A DNA stretch of 61,654 bases, counting the filler, from Bipalium vagum (taxonomy: Eukaryota), in the NCBI GenBank assembly GCA_037834085.1. It is 3 parts of 3 records of this genome, joined end to end, with 100 filler letters (N's around TTAATTAATTAA, not from the genome) between each part and the next. Parts side by side here need not be neighbours in the genome. Positions count along the whole stretch, not along the records: positions 1 to 22,319 come from JBBMKC010223121.1; positions 22,420 to 45,280 come from JBBMKC010215693.1; 1 more part is not named here. The stretch is one strand, 5' to 3'. This document shows, in pieces, positions 12,141 to 24,490 of the stretch (position 1 is its first letter; every line of letters begins with the position of its first letter). A program made the translations under genes and the position numbers. The notes below the pieces were generated by a model. That model had not been told where the DNA came from and searched no databases. It saw only the letters and a program-made list of their open reading frames with translations.

Positions 12141-12920
12141 TGTCATTATCTCCAGTTTACTTTTCAGCTTATAGAACAATAAATGTATAATTAATAACAG
12201 CCAAGTGACTTTTTATTAATATTTCACCATAAAAGAATTGGGAAAACGTATCTCAACCTTTGGAACTGTTAAAAGATAACGAACATTATATGACATATAA
12301 TCATAATTCAATTTTATGGAAATTGCCAAAAATTGCACAAAACCTTCATTTTCCTGTAATAAATGAGAACTTATTATGTTAAACATTAATGAACCCTATG
12401 ATTGATTATAATTAATTGATTATCTTTTCTGAAAGTGTTTTTCTTCAACCGAAATAACGTTACATTTCGTAGATTCAATTAAAAAGTTTGTTAAAATTAT
12501 TGCAGTTATGATAATTTAAAAATAGTAATAATAATAATATTATTATTATATTTTTATTTATATTATAATAAGGGAATTGAATTGATTTGCTTTCGAGTGG
12601 TATTCGTAGTTTTATCATCTCTTTTTGAAGAGTCTCAGAACGTTTGTTAATCTTTTATAATTTCATGGGGCATTAAAAACTTTAAATCACAGTTTAAATT
12701 GAGATCATTTAAGATCCCAAAGAAAGTGAATATGCAATCAATAATGATTTCTAAGATTAAGAAATTACATTTGCAAACGACCTATTTTAAAGACATTCTT
12801 TGAGGTCTTTCTATAAGTCTTTAATAGCCGGCCGTTAGGTCTTCAAACACTTTCATGAACGAATTAATGGACATTTTTCATATAAAAGAAGACAAAGCTT
12901 TGAACATGTTCAAGACATTC

Positions 12921-13331
12921 ATGGATTCAAAATTATTCCACTGCTTAGTTCTCATCATTTTGACGTTCAGCAAAGTTAGATTGATTTAATTATGTTTGCT
13001 TTTTTGTCGATTTTTCCCGCCTTAGATCTCTGAAGCTTTCGACTGTTATGCTTGCAGTCCGTGTCCGAAAGATTTCCAAAATGTTCAAATACAGAAAAAT
13101 TGTCCGTTTTGTTACTTGGAGTCTAAGACTTATAAACCCAATGAAACAGTTGTCACTAGGAGTTGTTTAAAAGAATGTCCAAAACCTAATCAATATAATA
13201 GTGTGACCTATTCTGCTCTTAGAAATGATTGTTGCAATGATAATCTTTGTAACAAAGAGTTTCATGGGTTCATGCCAATTTTTCCGATATGGAAATTTAA
13301 AAATCGACTACGACCGTCATTCCAAAAATGA
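12921..13331 (+). CDS. Ly6/uPAR (three-finger) protein, 2 exons (12921-12974, 13026-13331)
   Basis: Signal peptide MDSKLFHCLVLIILTFSK|ISEA with a phase-0 51-nt GT-AG intron. Ten Cys: FDCYACSPC..NCPFC..RSCLKEC..CCNDNLCN. Confidence 0.88.
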
Positions 13332-14129
13332 CTACGGTTAAATCCAAAGAAACCATTCCAAAACTTGCCATTTGAAATCCAATTGGGACTGGAATCGGTT
13401 CTGTCATAATAATGTGTTTCTCTTTGGTATATATTCTAAAGTTGAAATGATATTTATGCCAATCAGTTTCGTTTTTTGAACAATAATATAATTGGACTCA
13501 CTTTATATATTGAAATAAAATATTAATTCTTTTATCTTTCTCATTTTAATTTAAAATTTTCTTTGAACTGTCCCCGGATGGTATGGCTGAAAATGTAGAC
13601 CTCCTGAAGCTCAATCGGATAAGAAGTTCTTAAGGTTATGCAAGAGGTTCCCAGAATTCATTATATGGAAACATTGTCATTTTCGTTTTCTTAAGATCAG
13701 AATGACGTGATTTTATTCAGATAAAATTTCTGTTCCAAGAGGTCGTCTGCCCATCTACTTTTGCTATTTTTATAATTTTATGAATTTTATTAATACTGAG
13801 TATTTTGAAATGTGTCAAATAATAGTCCATATAATTAAACTCTGAGAACAGGATCACTAAAATATTTTTTTATTTTTCATATTTTTGTATAAGAAATAAT
13901 GTGACGAAAAAATAAGAAAAATATAAAAATTCGAATCATGTTTTTATTTGACCGACTCGATCAAAAAAGAGACTTGAGGTGATTGGCTGGTCAGAAAAGA
14001 GACTTGAGACGAATCACAAAAAATAATAAATTCAAATAATTCTCTGAAAAACAATCAAAAATATTTAAAAGTACAAAAATTAACAAAAACAAATATTTTT
14101 TTATTCACAATTTTATTTTTAAAAAATTG

Positions 14130-15770
14130 ATTTGCAATTTCTTGATCGAATATTTTGGCGCCATATTCATTCATTTAGATATAATTCCAAGAGATCACCA
14201 ATTACGCTCATCATTGACACGACTTTAATCCTCCGTTCAAAAATATGTTTTCAACCATACGAAAAATCTAAAGTTCATGATCACGAGCACGTTCTTGGAG
14301 CACGAATTTTGGCAGCCCTTTTTTATTGGATTTTTCAAGAAACAAATCTTACATTTCTTCCTCATTTCTGTATAGAAATTAATAACGACAGATTTTAAAC
14401 CGCCGTCTTTTCAGTAACTGACCTTTTCGATATGACCAGGACCCATAAATTACATAAATGGACACATTTAATTAGAATTATTTTGAATTTTTCAAAAAAA
14501 AGTTTTTCCTAATAGAAAAATATCTATTAGAATTTATGCAAGTTTCCGTATAGTATTGCCTGAAACAAAACCAGTGCATTCCTTGAAAATCGTTCCTCAA
14601 ACATCGCATTTGTTAATATTAATATTACCATAAATTACCTAATATGAATAATGGGCGGTTTTCTGTTAATTAATTAATTAATTAATTAATTAATTAATCT
14701 TAATTACTTCAAATGGAACACCCATCACTCTGGTGTTTATTAATTTATTATTCGAATAAATATAATGGTTTTGAATAATATTTTACAGAGTAAAAAAACG
14801 TATTTATTTATTTTTTTTTTAACTTGAACACCCCTTCGATATGAAACGACAACGATTCAATTCTACATGAGTTCAATATCATTGATTGAAATCTTGTTTT
14901 GATTACGACGGAGATAAATGGAAGAACGTCTTCGAGACCCGAGGACTGACGAGCGATACTACTGTGATTTTAATAAAGATTACGTATGGCAACTCAGAAC
15001 TACCTGAAAATCTACAGGAATCAAAAGTTGAGGAACGATGTTGGTTGTATGGTTGAAGGAGCGATTTTACGCTTAACTGGGTCAGTGTCGAATATGAATA
15101 GAATGATTGCGGCTGGATATCGAGCATAGGCCGTTGTGTTCCCCTTAAAATATCGCCTAATTTCCAACATGAGAATAGTTAAAATCTTCATCTTGAGCAT
15201 ATCCTTGGTTCCCGCGTTCCTATTTTTTTTGGTACTAACACCCTTGTTTAAAACATTGTAGATCCAATTCAAGGGCTCTGTTCTGAGAAATCACCATACT
15301 TTCTGACGACTGTAATCATGTATTTGCTACTTTTTCTTATCCCAATAATCATCTGATGTGATTGTCATATCTGATGTGAATAAGCGAAACAATACCCTTA
15401 AGAGAGCCAGGGGTACTTTAGGTTTAGCTTTGACCATGTTGATTTACGTTATTTGTATTACAGCATTTCATATCGTTTATAATCCTAAGGATCATAAAAA
15501 GAATTTGTGGAAGGACATATATGTACAATTTACGCTTAGGGTGTTCTTGGGCATAGCACCGGTGATTGAATTGTTAGAATATATATTTATGAAACTGTCT
15601 TTTCAGTTGTTCTACATAACCCTCGACAAAAAAATTCTGAAGAGTTCCAAAGACTTCATCAAAAATTCAAAGAATCGTTTGAACAAAAAAGCTTTGGACT
15701 ACCTTCTCCAGCTCCTGTCATTTATCATTTTTGGAAATTTTTCAATCGCAAAAAATTAGAATTTTTCATT
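14130..15770 (+). pseudogene. Rhodopsin-like GPCR copy A, disrupted
   Basis: TM3 NDVGCMVEG...AGYRA*AVVFPLKY (TAG at 15127-15129), TM6-TM7 in ORF 15358-15759, and a 45-nt intron at 15562-15606 (GIAP|LFYI). 14130-14640 is only tentatively ectodomain. Confidence 0.8.
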
Positions 15771-16339
15771 AGAATTATCGATTTTTCATAAACTGAACTG
15801 GAAACTATGGCAACCTTTTCGGAACTGAAATATTGATTATTTCAGAGGGGTTTCGAATTCGGTCTTTTTGTGAACATATTGTTGATAAATTTGTTTTGTT
15901 TTTTTCGATTGGCATTAATTGATCGTTAATTAATGAGGAATAAATCATAAATAAATAATAAAATATCATTAAATAGTAAATTAAATCTGTCCGTAGAGAA
16001 ATATTCTGTAAGGATCTCTGATACTAAAAAGAGTATAGAACCAGCTTTATATTGATTAGACTCATTTAAACAAACAATACTATTTGTATTTTACTGGTTG
16101 GTAGTACAATCGGTGGATCAAGGCTAAATTTCTTTAAAATCGTTATTATTTGATTTTTTATTTATCCGAACTTAATTATTGACTGGTACAATTATTTCGA
16201 CTTGTGTGATAAGTTCAATATACATTTTATACTTAGATGTTCTTTGACCTTTGAAGGGTTATTTTAGTTAACTGACAAGCCAAAAGGATTTTGAAGTCCA
16301 GCCATTAATTCTGAATAGAAATCAAAATGTAAAGATATA

Positions 16340-17160
16340 CAAATTTTTAAAAGGGCTCATGATAGACAGTGGTGCTTCGGTTACGGTGTTGAGAGAAGAA
16401 TATTGAAAGAAGATAGGAAACCCGGAATTAATTCGAGGAAACAGTTGCAAAGAATCAGGTTAGTACAGCGAGCCGATGTTTCTATTGTGGATATGATAGC
16501 GTGGTTGTCAGACAGGAGTTGTTCAGGATAGCTCGAAGAATACATTCTTGAAAACTTTTATTATCTGTAAAGATGTAAAATAGACCAGACCCGCACAAAA
16601 GAGATTGTGATTCAAAAAATTTCACATTTAATCGAACTGATTGTAATTGATATGGACTATATGGATAAGGCTGTGGCGTATTATAATTTCTTAATTGTAA
16701 TTATCGACCATTTCAGTAGACAAGGGAGTTCGAATACATTGATGAAGCTGAATGAGATGTCCATATTCAATATCGTTATGAATCTGCATCCACAAATGTT
16801 GTAGACGAAAAAGTATTCTGATAAGTAGACTGAGAAATTTTGGAAGTTCTTGGAAACAGGAAGAAAAGAAGGAGCTGAAATTAAACACGAGTTCAGTTTA
16901 CTCTATCGTCATCAATCATATAGATAAGGACTATTCAGGACACGATCACTCATCGTTAAACGGAAGATGTGAAGAAACAAAATAGAACAAATTATTACAA
17001 AAAATCGAATTCATTAAAGTTCCAAAAAAATTTTCATCTTTACTTCTCGTGTAGAGGGTCGCAGAATACTGAAATTGTCAGGCAAACCAGAGAGAAATTC
17101 AAGATGGTAGCAAAGAAAACGAGTGAGTTCTAGAAGTCTATAAAAGTTCATCTTAAATTG
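16340..17160 (+). mobile_element. Ty3/gypsy remnant (protease and integrase pieces)
   Basis: LMIDSGASVTVL (aspartic protease) and ELIVIDMDYM..NFLIVIIDHFSR (integrase core). Confidence 0.75.
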
Positions 17161-17849
17161 GAGACATATTAGTTAGAAAAGAATCCTTTCTTATTAATTA
17201 AAATAATATTAATTAATATGATAAATTTGACTTAAGTAAGTAATCATTCATTTAACATTAATAATATTAACAACATGGAATTATGTTTTACGTAAATTCT
17301 GAGATTCATTAAAACTCAGTTGTGAAACCATCAAATTATGTTAAGCAGATTAGAATTCTGATGAATAACTTTAGAATAATAAAAAGTGAAGGAGAAGAAT
17401 TTTAAATTTTAAACCAAAATATATCTTTGACCAATTTGTATCATTAGAAAAAAAACTTAAAACCAAATTTTTAACTTCATTTTGTTTGCAATAATTATAA
17501 GAAGACATTTTATTGAATAATTAAATAACATCAATAATCTTAATTTTCAAACAAATTTTATCCTACCATATTATTTTAATGTAATTAAATTTTAAAAATA
17601 CTTTTACATTTACAATATTTTTATAACATACATAATAAATATATTATTTTAAGTGATACTGTAAGGTAAATGTTAAAATAATTATTTTTCTTAAAAATTA
17701 TAATATTAACAAAGCAGTACATTATAGAAATAAATAAGATTTTAAACTGAAATTTCCTATGATCTGGTCGGTCTCCTTTTGCAAATATTTTTGGAAATGA
17801 CAAACATTTATAGAAATAATTAAAATATTATGAGAAATTATAAATGGTT

Positions 17850-19522
17850 GCGGATGAAAGTGCGATTGATCTCGCAAATGTCAGTTGAAGATAGTCAGAC
17901 TTTCCGAAAGATTTCTGTTCAAACTTTAAATTGAATTTTTTTTATCTAGGGATATGTAAAACAACTGAAAAGAAAATTTCATTACATTACATTGAATAAG
18001 AAACTTACTTACCGGTGCTATGCCATAGGCTGCTGTGGTAGTAAACTTAAGTAACAAGGTGTCACTAAAATTCTTTCTATCACCTTTTGAATTACTGACC
18101 ACCAAGTAAAGTATAATACAGACACAGTAAAGCAACATACTAAGCCCTATGCCCAAAGTACCCCTGGATCTTTTTATTGTACTCTTTCTTATATTAAAAT
18201 CGGATCTTACCATCACAAATTTGATGATATTGGACACATGATAAAAAACTTACGATTAACGAAATGAAATATAGAATCAAATTAAAAAAAATTTCACCAT
18301 AAAAAGGGGTGATCTAAGAGAACAATCACCTAAAATTGGATGAATGGTGTACCAGATCAGAGTGTTAACACCACAGACGAAAATAGTGACCTTGGTGCAA
18401 AATATATGCTTAATATCAAGATAGTAACTATTCTCATGTTAGAAACTAAGTAATATTTTGAGGGAAACACAACGCCCCATGCTCGATATCCAGCTTCTAC
18501 CATCTTATTCATATTCGAAATAAACACAGACACGCTATAAATTGTCCCTTCAACCGTGCATCCAACGTCGTTCCCCATCGACTAATTCATGTGAATTTTC
18601 AAGTAGTTTTGTGTGGCTTCGAATGGGATGCAAATCGCGTTAGTTATGAGATCAGGAATAATTATTCCAAGGATTATTCTATAAAAGATAAATTTCCATA
18701 AGGATTTTGATACAATTATTATGACTCCACACCACAAATTTCCAAAAACTCTTAAGAAGCAAAGCACAATGCTTAACGATACCAAGTGAGAATCTTCGAA
18801 AACTTTATCTGCTGACATACTAAATGAGAGAGAAAGTATCATTTTTATAAGAGCACTCTTTAGTGACGACAATGATTGGCTTGTAGAAATCCTACTTCTT
18901 CTTCCAAAGGAAAAGATGTCAAAGATATTTTGTATTGATAAAGTTCAGAGAATTGCAGAGGATATCCAATTTTGTTAACTTAATTATTTAATTTTTGTCT
19001 TCTTTAAGTCTGGAAATCTTCTTCGATTTTTCATTAGATATTATAGGGTACTTTAAAAAGTAACAGGGTTCGATGTTTCACTTTTGTTATAAAATGGATT
19101 AAAAATTTTAGTTCGTTATCTCTCTAAATTTGTGTACATTAGGGTAATCAGACGCTTTATTTTCAATTTCTTTCCTCTTTTTTTCTCAGTTGATTCTTTG
19201 GATATTCCTCTGTAGTTGTCATTACCTGAAGTTCCGGACAACTATCATCAAAATCTACTTGTGATGATTCTTAACCATTTGTAATTCTTCGCTTCTCTCT
19301 CAACCTCACGTCTTTCTTCTAAAGTCTTCATGTTGTTTTTTATATTTAAATCGGTCTCTATTTCTTCTATCCAATCATGGCGTTCTTCGTCTAGGAATTC
19401 AATTATGAGATCAGCTGATTCAGCTGAAATTTGAAAATAGAGTATGGTAAAAGCCAGTTACTAAAAGTACTTATTAGTAGGTAGATGGTCAGAATAATAT
19501 GAAGATGCCCACCGACTAACAT
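17850..19522 (-). pseudogene. Rhodopsin-like GPCR copy B with signal peptide and long ectodomain, disrupted
   Basis: Exon 1 at 19522-19462 (MLVGGHLHIILTIYLLISTF), 38-nt intron 19461-19424, then ectodomain. TM1 LRVFGN, TM2 IIIPDL, N*SMGNDVGC, GYRAWGVVFPSKY, ECL2 LGDC, TM6-TM7 with a 48-nt intron (18012-17965) at the same site as copy A. Confidence 0.82.
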
Positions 19523-19611
19523 ATGGACCTAGAGGTTGACCAATTTTTTTAAAAAGATATTGTCTTTAATGTTTTAAACACAAAAAGCTTTGATGAGTGC
19601 TATTAAAATAT

Positions 19612-20072
19612 CAACGATAGTAAAATAACTGCGCACTTTCATTGCACATTTGTGAAGTAAATGTGGTACGCATGTTGACTTCTTGTTGAGGCTGGGAAGA
19701 ACTTTGTCAATTTGCTTCTCAATATAATGGCTCTGCCTGTCGTAATGCGAGTTTGGACTGGTCGATTGTCATATCGATAAAGTATCAAGTTCTGACGTCG
19801 ACTCGGAGGGTTGTGACCTTTTTCATTTTGCCTGCCAAGTACAAAGTCGACGAGAAAGGAACCAGGATGTACTTGTTCTCATTCTCTGGCACGTAAGACT
19901 TGAGAGTGTCTATGGCTTTTTGGAAGTGGTTCTGGAGGTGCTTTAATTGATGAATCGATTTTGAAATAAAATTTATCTCTTCTTCCATCTGTTCGTTCAG
20001 CTTTCTCAATTACGGAGCAGGCAGGTCGTCGATCTTAATGACCTCGGACTTCTTTGCTGCGCTGTTGATCAT
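19612..20072 (-). pseudogene. PFDN5: Prefoldin subunit 5 (alpha-type) intronless pseudogene
   Basis: IDDLPAP*LRKLNEQMEEEINFI...ILVPFSSTLYLAGK..LRVDVRT*YFIDM../YIEKQIDKVLPSL matches PFDN5 (LVPLTSSMYVPG..VLIDVGTGYY). Two stops, frameshifts, no introns. Confidence 0.85.
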
Positions 20073-20084
20073 TTTCCTCTTATC

Positions 20085-20325
20085 CCGAGGACTTCTATAT
20101 CTTCGCATTGCTCTTTATTTTTAAGTCAGTCTCTATTTCTTGTGTCCATTCATGACAGTTTTGTTTGAGGAATTCAATTATAAGATCTGCTGATTCAGCT
20201 GAAAATGGGTAAATAGAGTAAAGTAATAACAAGAGTTATTAAAGTCTTTATTACCCAACCGATTACATAACAGGAAAGAAAATGGAGAATAATTTCAAAC
20301 AATATTGATGAAACATTTTTTATTT
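20085..20325 (-). pseudogene. 5' fragment of another GPCR paralog (direct repeat of about 19310-19480)
   Basis: ESADLIIEFLKQNCHEWTQEIETDLKIK versus ESADLIIEFLDEERHDWIEEIETDLNIK, with the same tttcag acceptor. Confidence 0.75.
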
Positions 20326-20529
20326 CATAGAAAAGTAATCCATAATTGTCGTCTGTTTGCCTTTTAAAATGACCTATTTAATGAATTTTTAAAAATACAC
20401 CATCATCAACTTGTAATATTATCCAAACGTATCAAGTACAATTCTAATTTATGTAAATAATTCAATGGTACTTAGAAAAAATGGTACTTGCAGTAAAATT
20501 ATTCTTGTCAATAATACTAATGTAGTCAA

Positions 20530-20990
20530 AAAGTAAAGGGGGTTATAAATAAGAAGCTCAAACAAATGTTTTAGTCCAAAAGAACTGTTATTTCTATATC
20601 AGCACAACATTCACCTATTGTTTATTTACTTCGTTTATTTGACCTTTTTTGATTTTTTTTAAAATGTTTAAAACAGTGCAAAGACGTTACATTAAATTTC
20701 AAAAAATTAAACCAAAATTAAATTAAGCTACGAAAACTGTTCAAATTATGCAGACATATTAGGTAATTAATGCTCATCCAGTTATATTCAAGTGGTTTCA
20801 ATGGTTTGGAGAAGGTCGTGATTTCATAGTAGATGAAAGATGAAGCACATCACATTGATAACCAAAGTAAATGTTCAAGCAATTCAGAACAAAGTTATGA
20901 CAAAAATCCAGCAAAGAACTTGTAGATGATGTGGACATATCCATAGCTTCAGTTTATGCAATTTTCAATGTCACCTATTTTCATTGGAAA
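20530..20990 (+). mobile_element. mariner N-terminal remnant
   Basis: QRRYIKF..ATKTVQIMQ..IFKWFQWFGEGRDFIVDER. Confidence 0.7.
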
Positions 20991-21829
20991 GATTATATTT
21001 GTTAAATTTAATTCATTTATATGTTTTTCATAAATACTAATACGATCGCATTAATTTCCTTCTGGATGTAATTGTGTTGATATACTATAAATAAAAAATT
21101 TAATATCATGAAATTTTTACTTTTTTATTTATTAATTATCGTAATTTAAAAAGTATTTGATATATGAAGAATTTACTAAGTTTTGGTATTTTAGAAAATC
21201 TAATTGTAATCATATTATCGTCTGGAATTTCTACCCAGATTCTCGTTATTATCTTTCTTATTTTTTACTTTGATTTTCAAATTTTATTAAAAATGTATTA
21301 TATCTTTGAACTTCTTTTATTATTTTTTCTGTTTTTCAATAAAATTGATTTATTATTATTTCATTTTATTTTTTGTAAATTAATTTTGAATGTATGCATA
21401 AGTTTACATTTTCAATGTGATCATTTATTGAAATATTTGATTGTGTGATTGAAGATATTTTTATTGACAATTCAATTTGATTATTTGAAACATTTTATTT
21501 GTTACTTTGTAAATAAAGTGTTGCTCGTAGTTATCTTGATTCATTCATTTGCCTACACGTTTTGAGAAAAGTGAAGGGGTCAGTAAAATTTACGACCTAA
21601 GTGTAACGACATCGTTCATAGTGATAGAATAGCCTTAGACAATTTAGTTTTAAAAGATAAAATAATTCATAAAATTTTTAAAATGTGAAGAAATCTCAAA
21701 ATGCTGCTTATTGGGTGTTGGTCTGCACACTATATTTCCACAATACTAAATTATGATACTTTTCCATGCCATATGACTTTTTTTAGTACCAGATGACGTT
21801 TTGAGAAAGAACCAACCATGTTTTTAGAC

Positions 21830-22030
21830 GCCAGATCTCATGATTGATGGAATGAAAAAAAGAAGCAAATCTTTTAAAATAATCACTATAAAACAGTCAC
21901 CTAAAATTGGAAGAATGAATACCAGTTGTAAGTGTTTGCACTACAAACGAAAAAAGACAAGAGATATGCCTAGGATTAAGACAGTAACTATATGTCTATT
22001 TTTGTTAACTAATTTGATGTCTTATTTTAT
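21830..22030 (-). pseudogene. GPCR paralog fragment (TM4-ECL2-TM5)
   Basis: Nucleotide similarity to 18320-18450 (tcacctaaaattgga...agtaactat). Peptide IVTVLILGISLV..LPILGDC. Confidence 0.7.
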
Positions 22031-22319
22031 AGGAGTACAATAAATAATGCTGATTTATTTAAAAAAGATTTACTGAGATATCAAAATATAATTGTAAATT
22101 GAAATAAAAATCAATTTATGTAAATAATATTTAATAAAATAGGGTAATCATTTAAATTTTTATAATATATTTGTTAATAATTTCAAAAGTTTTAGATCTA
22201 ATTATGCCAACATTATTACCATATATTTCATAACCGATATATATATATATATATATATATTTTATTTTTTAAATAAACGCCATTTAACGAATTTTTACGA
22301 AAACACAATATAAGATCGG

Positions 22320-22419
22320 NNNNNNNNNNNNNNNNNNNNNNNNNNNNNNNNNNNNNNNNNNNNTTAATTAATTAANNNNNNNNNNNNNNNNNNNNNNNNN
22401 NNNNNNNNNNNNNNNNNNN
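22320..22419. other. 100-bp scaffold gap with synthetic TTAATTAATTAA linker
   Basis: N44-TTAATTAATTAA (22364-22375)-N44, with an identical structure at 45281-45380. Confidence 0.95.
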
Positions 22420-22425
22420 CGATCT

Positions 22426-22469
<44 letters not shown>
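22426..22469. repeat. (TAC)n microsatellite
   Basis: About 14 perfect units at a contig start. Confidence 0.95.
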
Positions 22470-22479
22470 ATTTATTTCT

Positions 22480-23717
22480 GACCCTCTTGCGGTCGTAATA
22501 ATTAAACCTTCAAACAACCTTTCTATCCAAGAGGTTTGGAGTGTTGACATATGAATATGTATCATGAGGGTGACTGAGGGTCAAAGTCCTTTACAAATCT
22601 CTCCATTCCTTTGCGCTCTGCCAGTTTATTTAACAAGACCTTGTTACAACTGCTTAAGAACGTGACGTGCGTGAAAGGGAGGCTGTGGAAATACTAAAAT
22701 AAGAAGTGAATCGCCCTCAAGTTCGAAGTATCTCCGGAGAAAGCCGACAACTTTTGATTTAATGATTTCTCCCCTTTATACCGCACAATCAAATCTGCAA
22801 GTCACCGTTCCACAGAGTAAAAATAATTGACTGTAAAATTCGATCGAAGTAAAATTCTACTCCAAATGTCTTTTTAAAATCAATCTACTGCCACCGTTGA
22901 CGGAATATGTGGACTGCCTTTTGAGTTTCAGCACTGTAACTAACAATTCTCGGTTGCTTTTCTCTATCGAACGAATTTCATTGATGAAACGGGATATTTC
23001 GACTGGACGATGTCCGTTTTTTGAAATAAACATCAGAACCAATTCATGGGACGAGGACAGAAAAGTAAATATACTTTGTCTCGATGATGGCGAAGATTGA
23101 TTATGACGATGTCTCTCTGGATCTAGCTTAATCCTAATTGTGGCAACCAATTCAAAAACATAACGAGGCAATTCGACGGATTCGACAAGGCCCGCTTGGT
23201 CTACGACAACCGAGGTTTGAAGGACAACGACACCATCATCAGGATGGAACTGAGACTGGACGAGACCAGCAAGGAGAAGTGTCGCGATGATGACGAGCCT
23301 TCCTTGCCACGGTCGACTGTTCCGATTCGGCCAAAGAATACTCGGTCATTGCATAAGGATGATTTTGATAAGAATTTAGTCCTGATTATTTTTTCATTGG
23401 GTATCGTTGATTTTGTTTGGATTTGTTCTTTGATCTCATTGATCTATCGATTAAGCTTCCGTACTGCAATTGGTTCTGTTGCTCTTTATGGGAAAATATT
23501 TAATGAAAAAGAAAATGATGTGGAAGAGAAAGGGAAAATTGGAGAACACAGAGGAACGTCAGCGATTTTTATGGATTACTATTCTAAGTGTTCTTTTTCA
23601 GAAGGCGAAAGAAACTTTTCTGTCAACCCTGTTTCCATTGAAATGAAGGACGTACACAAAACTTTGAGAACAACGATGGATTCTTTGGAAATATTTGATG
23701 AAAAAGAAAAGGGTTAG
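22480..23717 (+). pseudogene. Unknown single-pass membrane protein, probably disrupted
   Basis: Open frame 23127-23717 has one hydrophobic span (LVLIIFSLGIVDFVWICSLISLIY) and a charged tail. The upstream GC-richer segment has stops and a paralog at 24520-24860. Confidence 0.4.
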
Positions 23718-24340
23718 TTCCGATCTCTAATCAATTTCTATTGAATGGCGTTTATAATCCTTTTAATTTTTTAATCCTTGGAAAGCCAAGGGACCACCAT
23801 CGACCAGATGCGACGGCCAAATTCCACTAATACGAAGATCATGCTAGATGATTTTCCCCGTTTCCGTCTCGCCATCATTCCACCCTTCATAACACAAAAT
23901 CAATGGATTCTTTCATCTTCATTATTTTTATTTTGTGATCTTTTTTAAAAAAAATTTTCAATGATCTTTTTTAGTTTATATTTTCAAAAATCTCAAACAT
24001 AAAAAAGAGACACAGAAGGTGAAAGAGAGAAAAAAAAGAAAAAGAGAATGTAAACTGAGATCAGGCAGAACAACTTCCATTGGACATTCAATCAAAGCGA
24101 AGATCATCTGACAATAATCAACATCTTTCCGTTTTGGATAAATTGAAAAGAGGACAAGCATTCTTCCAATCACAATTGATTGTCTGACAATTGATTGATG
24201 GCAAGGATATGTTGAATGTGGTGGCGGTTCTCTTGAGAAGAGGCACTCACACGATCACTTATGATGACCTCGTGTAACCTTATTCAAGGATTTCTGGTGT
24301 TGTATAATATTTTATCTAATGAATGCTCTGCGAACAGAAC

Positions 24341-24490
24341 NNNNNNNNNNNNNNNNNNNNNNNNNNNNNNNNNNNNNNNNNNNNNNNNNNNNNNNNNNNN
24401 NNNNNNNNNNNNNNNNNNNNNNNNNNNNNNNNNNNNNNNNNNNNNNNNNNNNNNNNNNNNNNNNNNNNNNNNNNNNNNNNNNNNNNNNNN
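24341..24490. other. 150-bp assembly gap
   Basis: N run. Confidence 0.99.

Noticed and set aside
12830-12845. GCCGTTAG resembling the start of a flatworm spliced-leader exon (NeSL target)
   Set aside because: Similarity ends after 8 nt, with no SL donor or Sm site.
2185-18584. Repeated TGA/TAG at expected Trp positions (2185, 15127, 18582), suggesting stop-codon reassignment
   Set aside because: The same sequences carry frameshifts and paralogs have TGG at equivalent sites. G-to-A decay of TGG explains the pattern.
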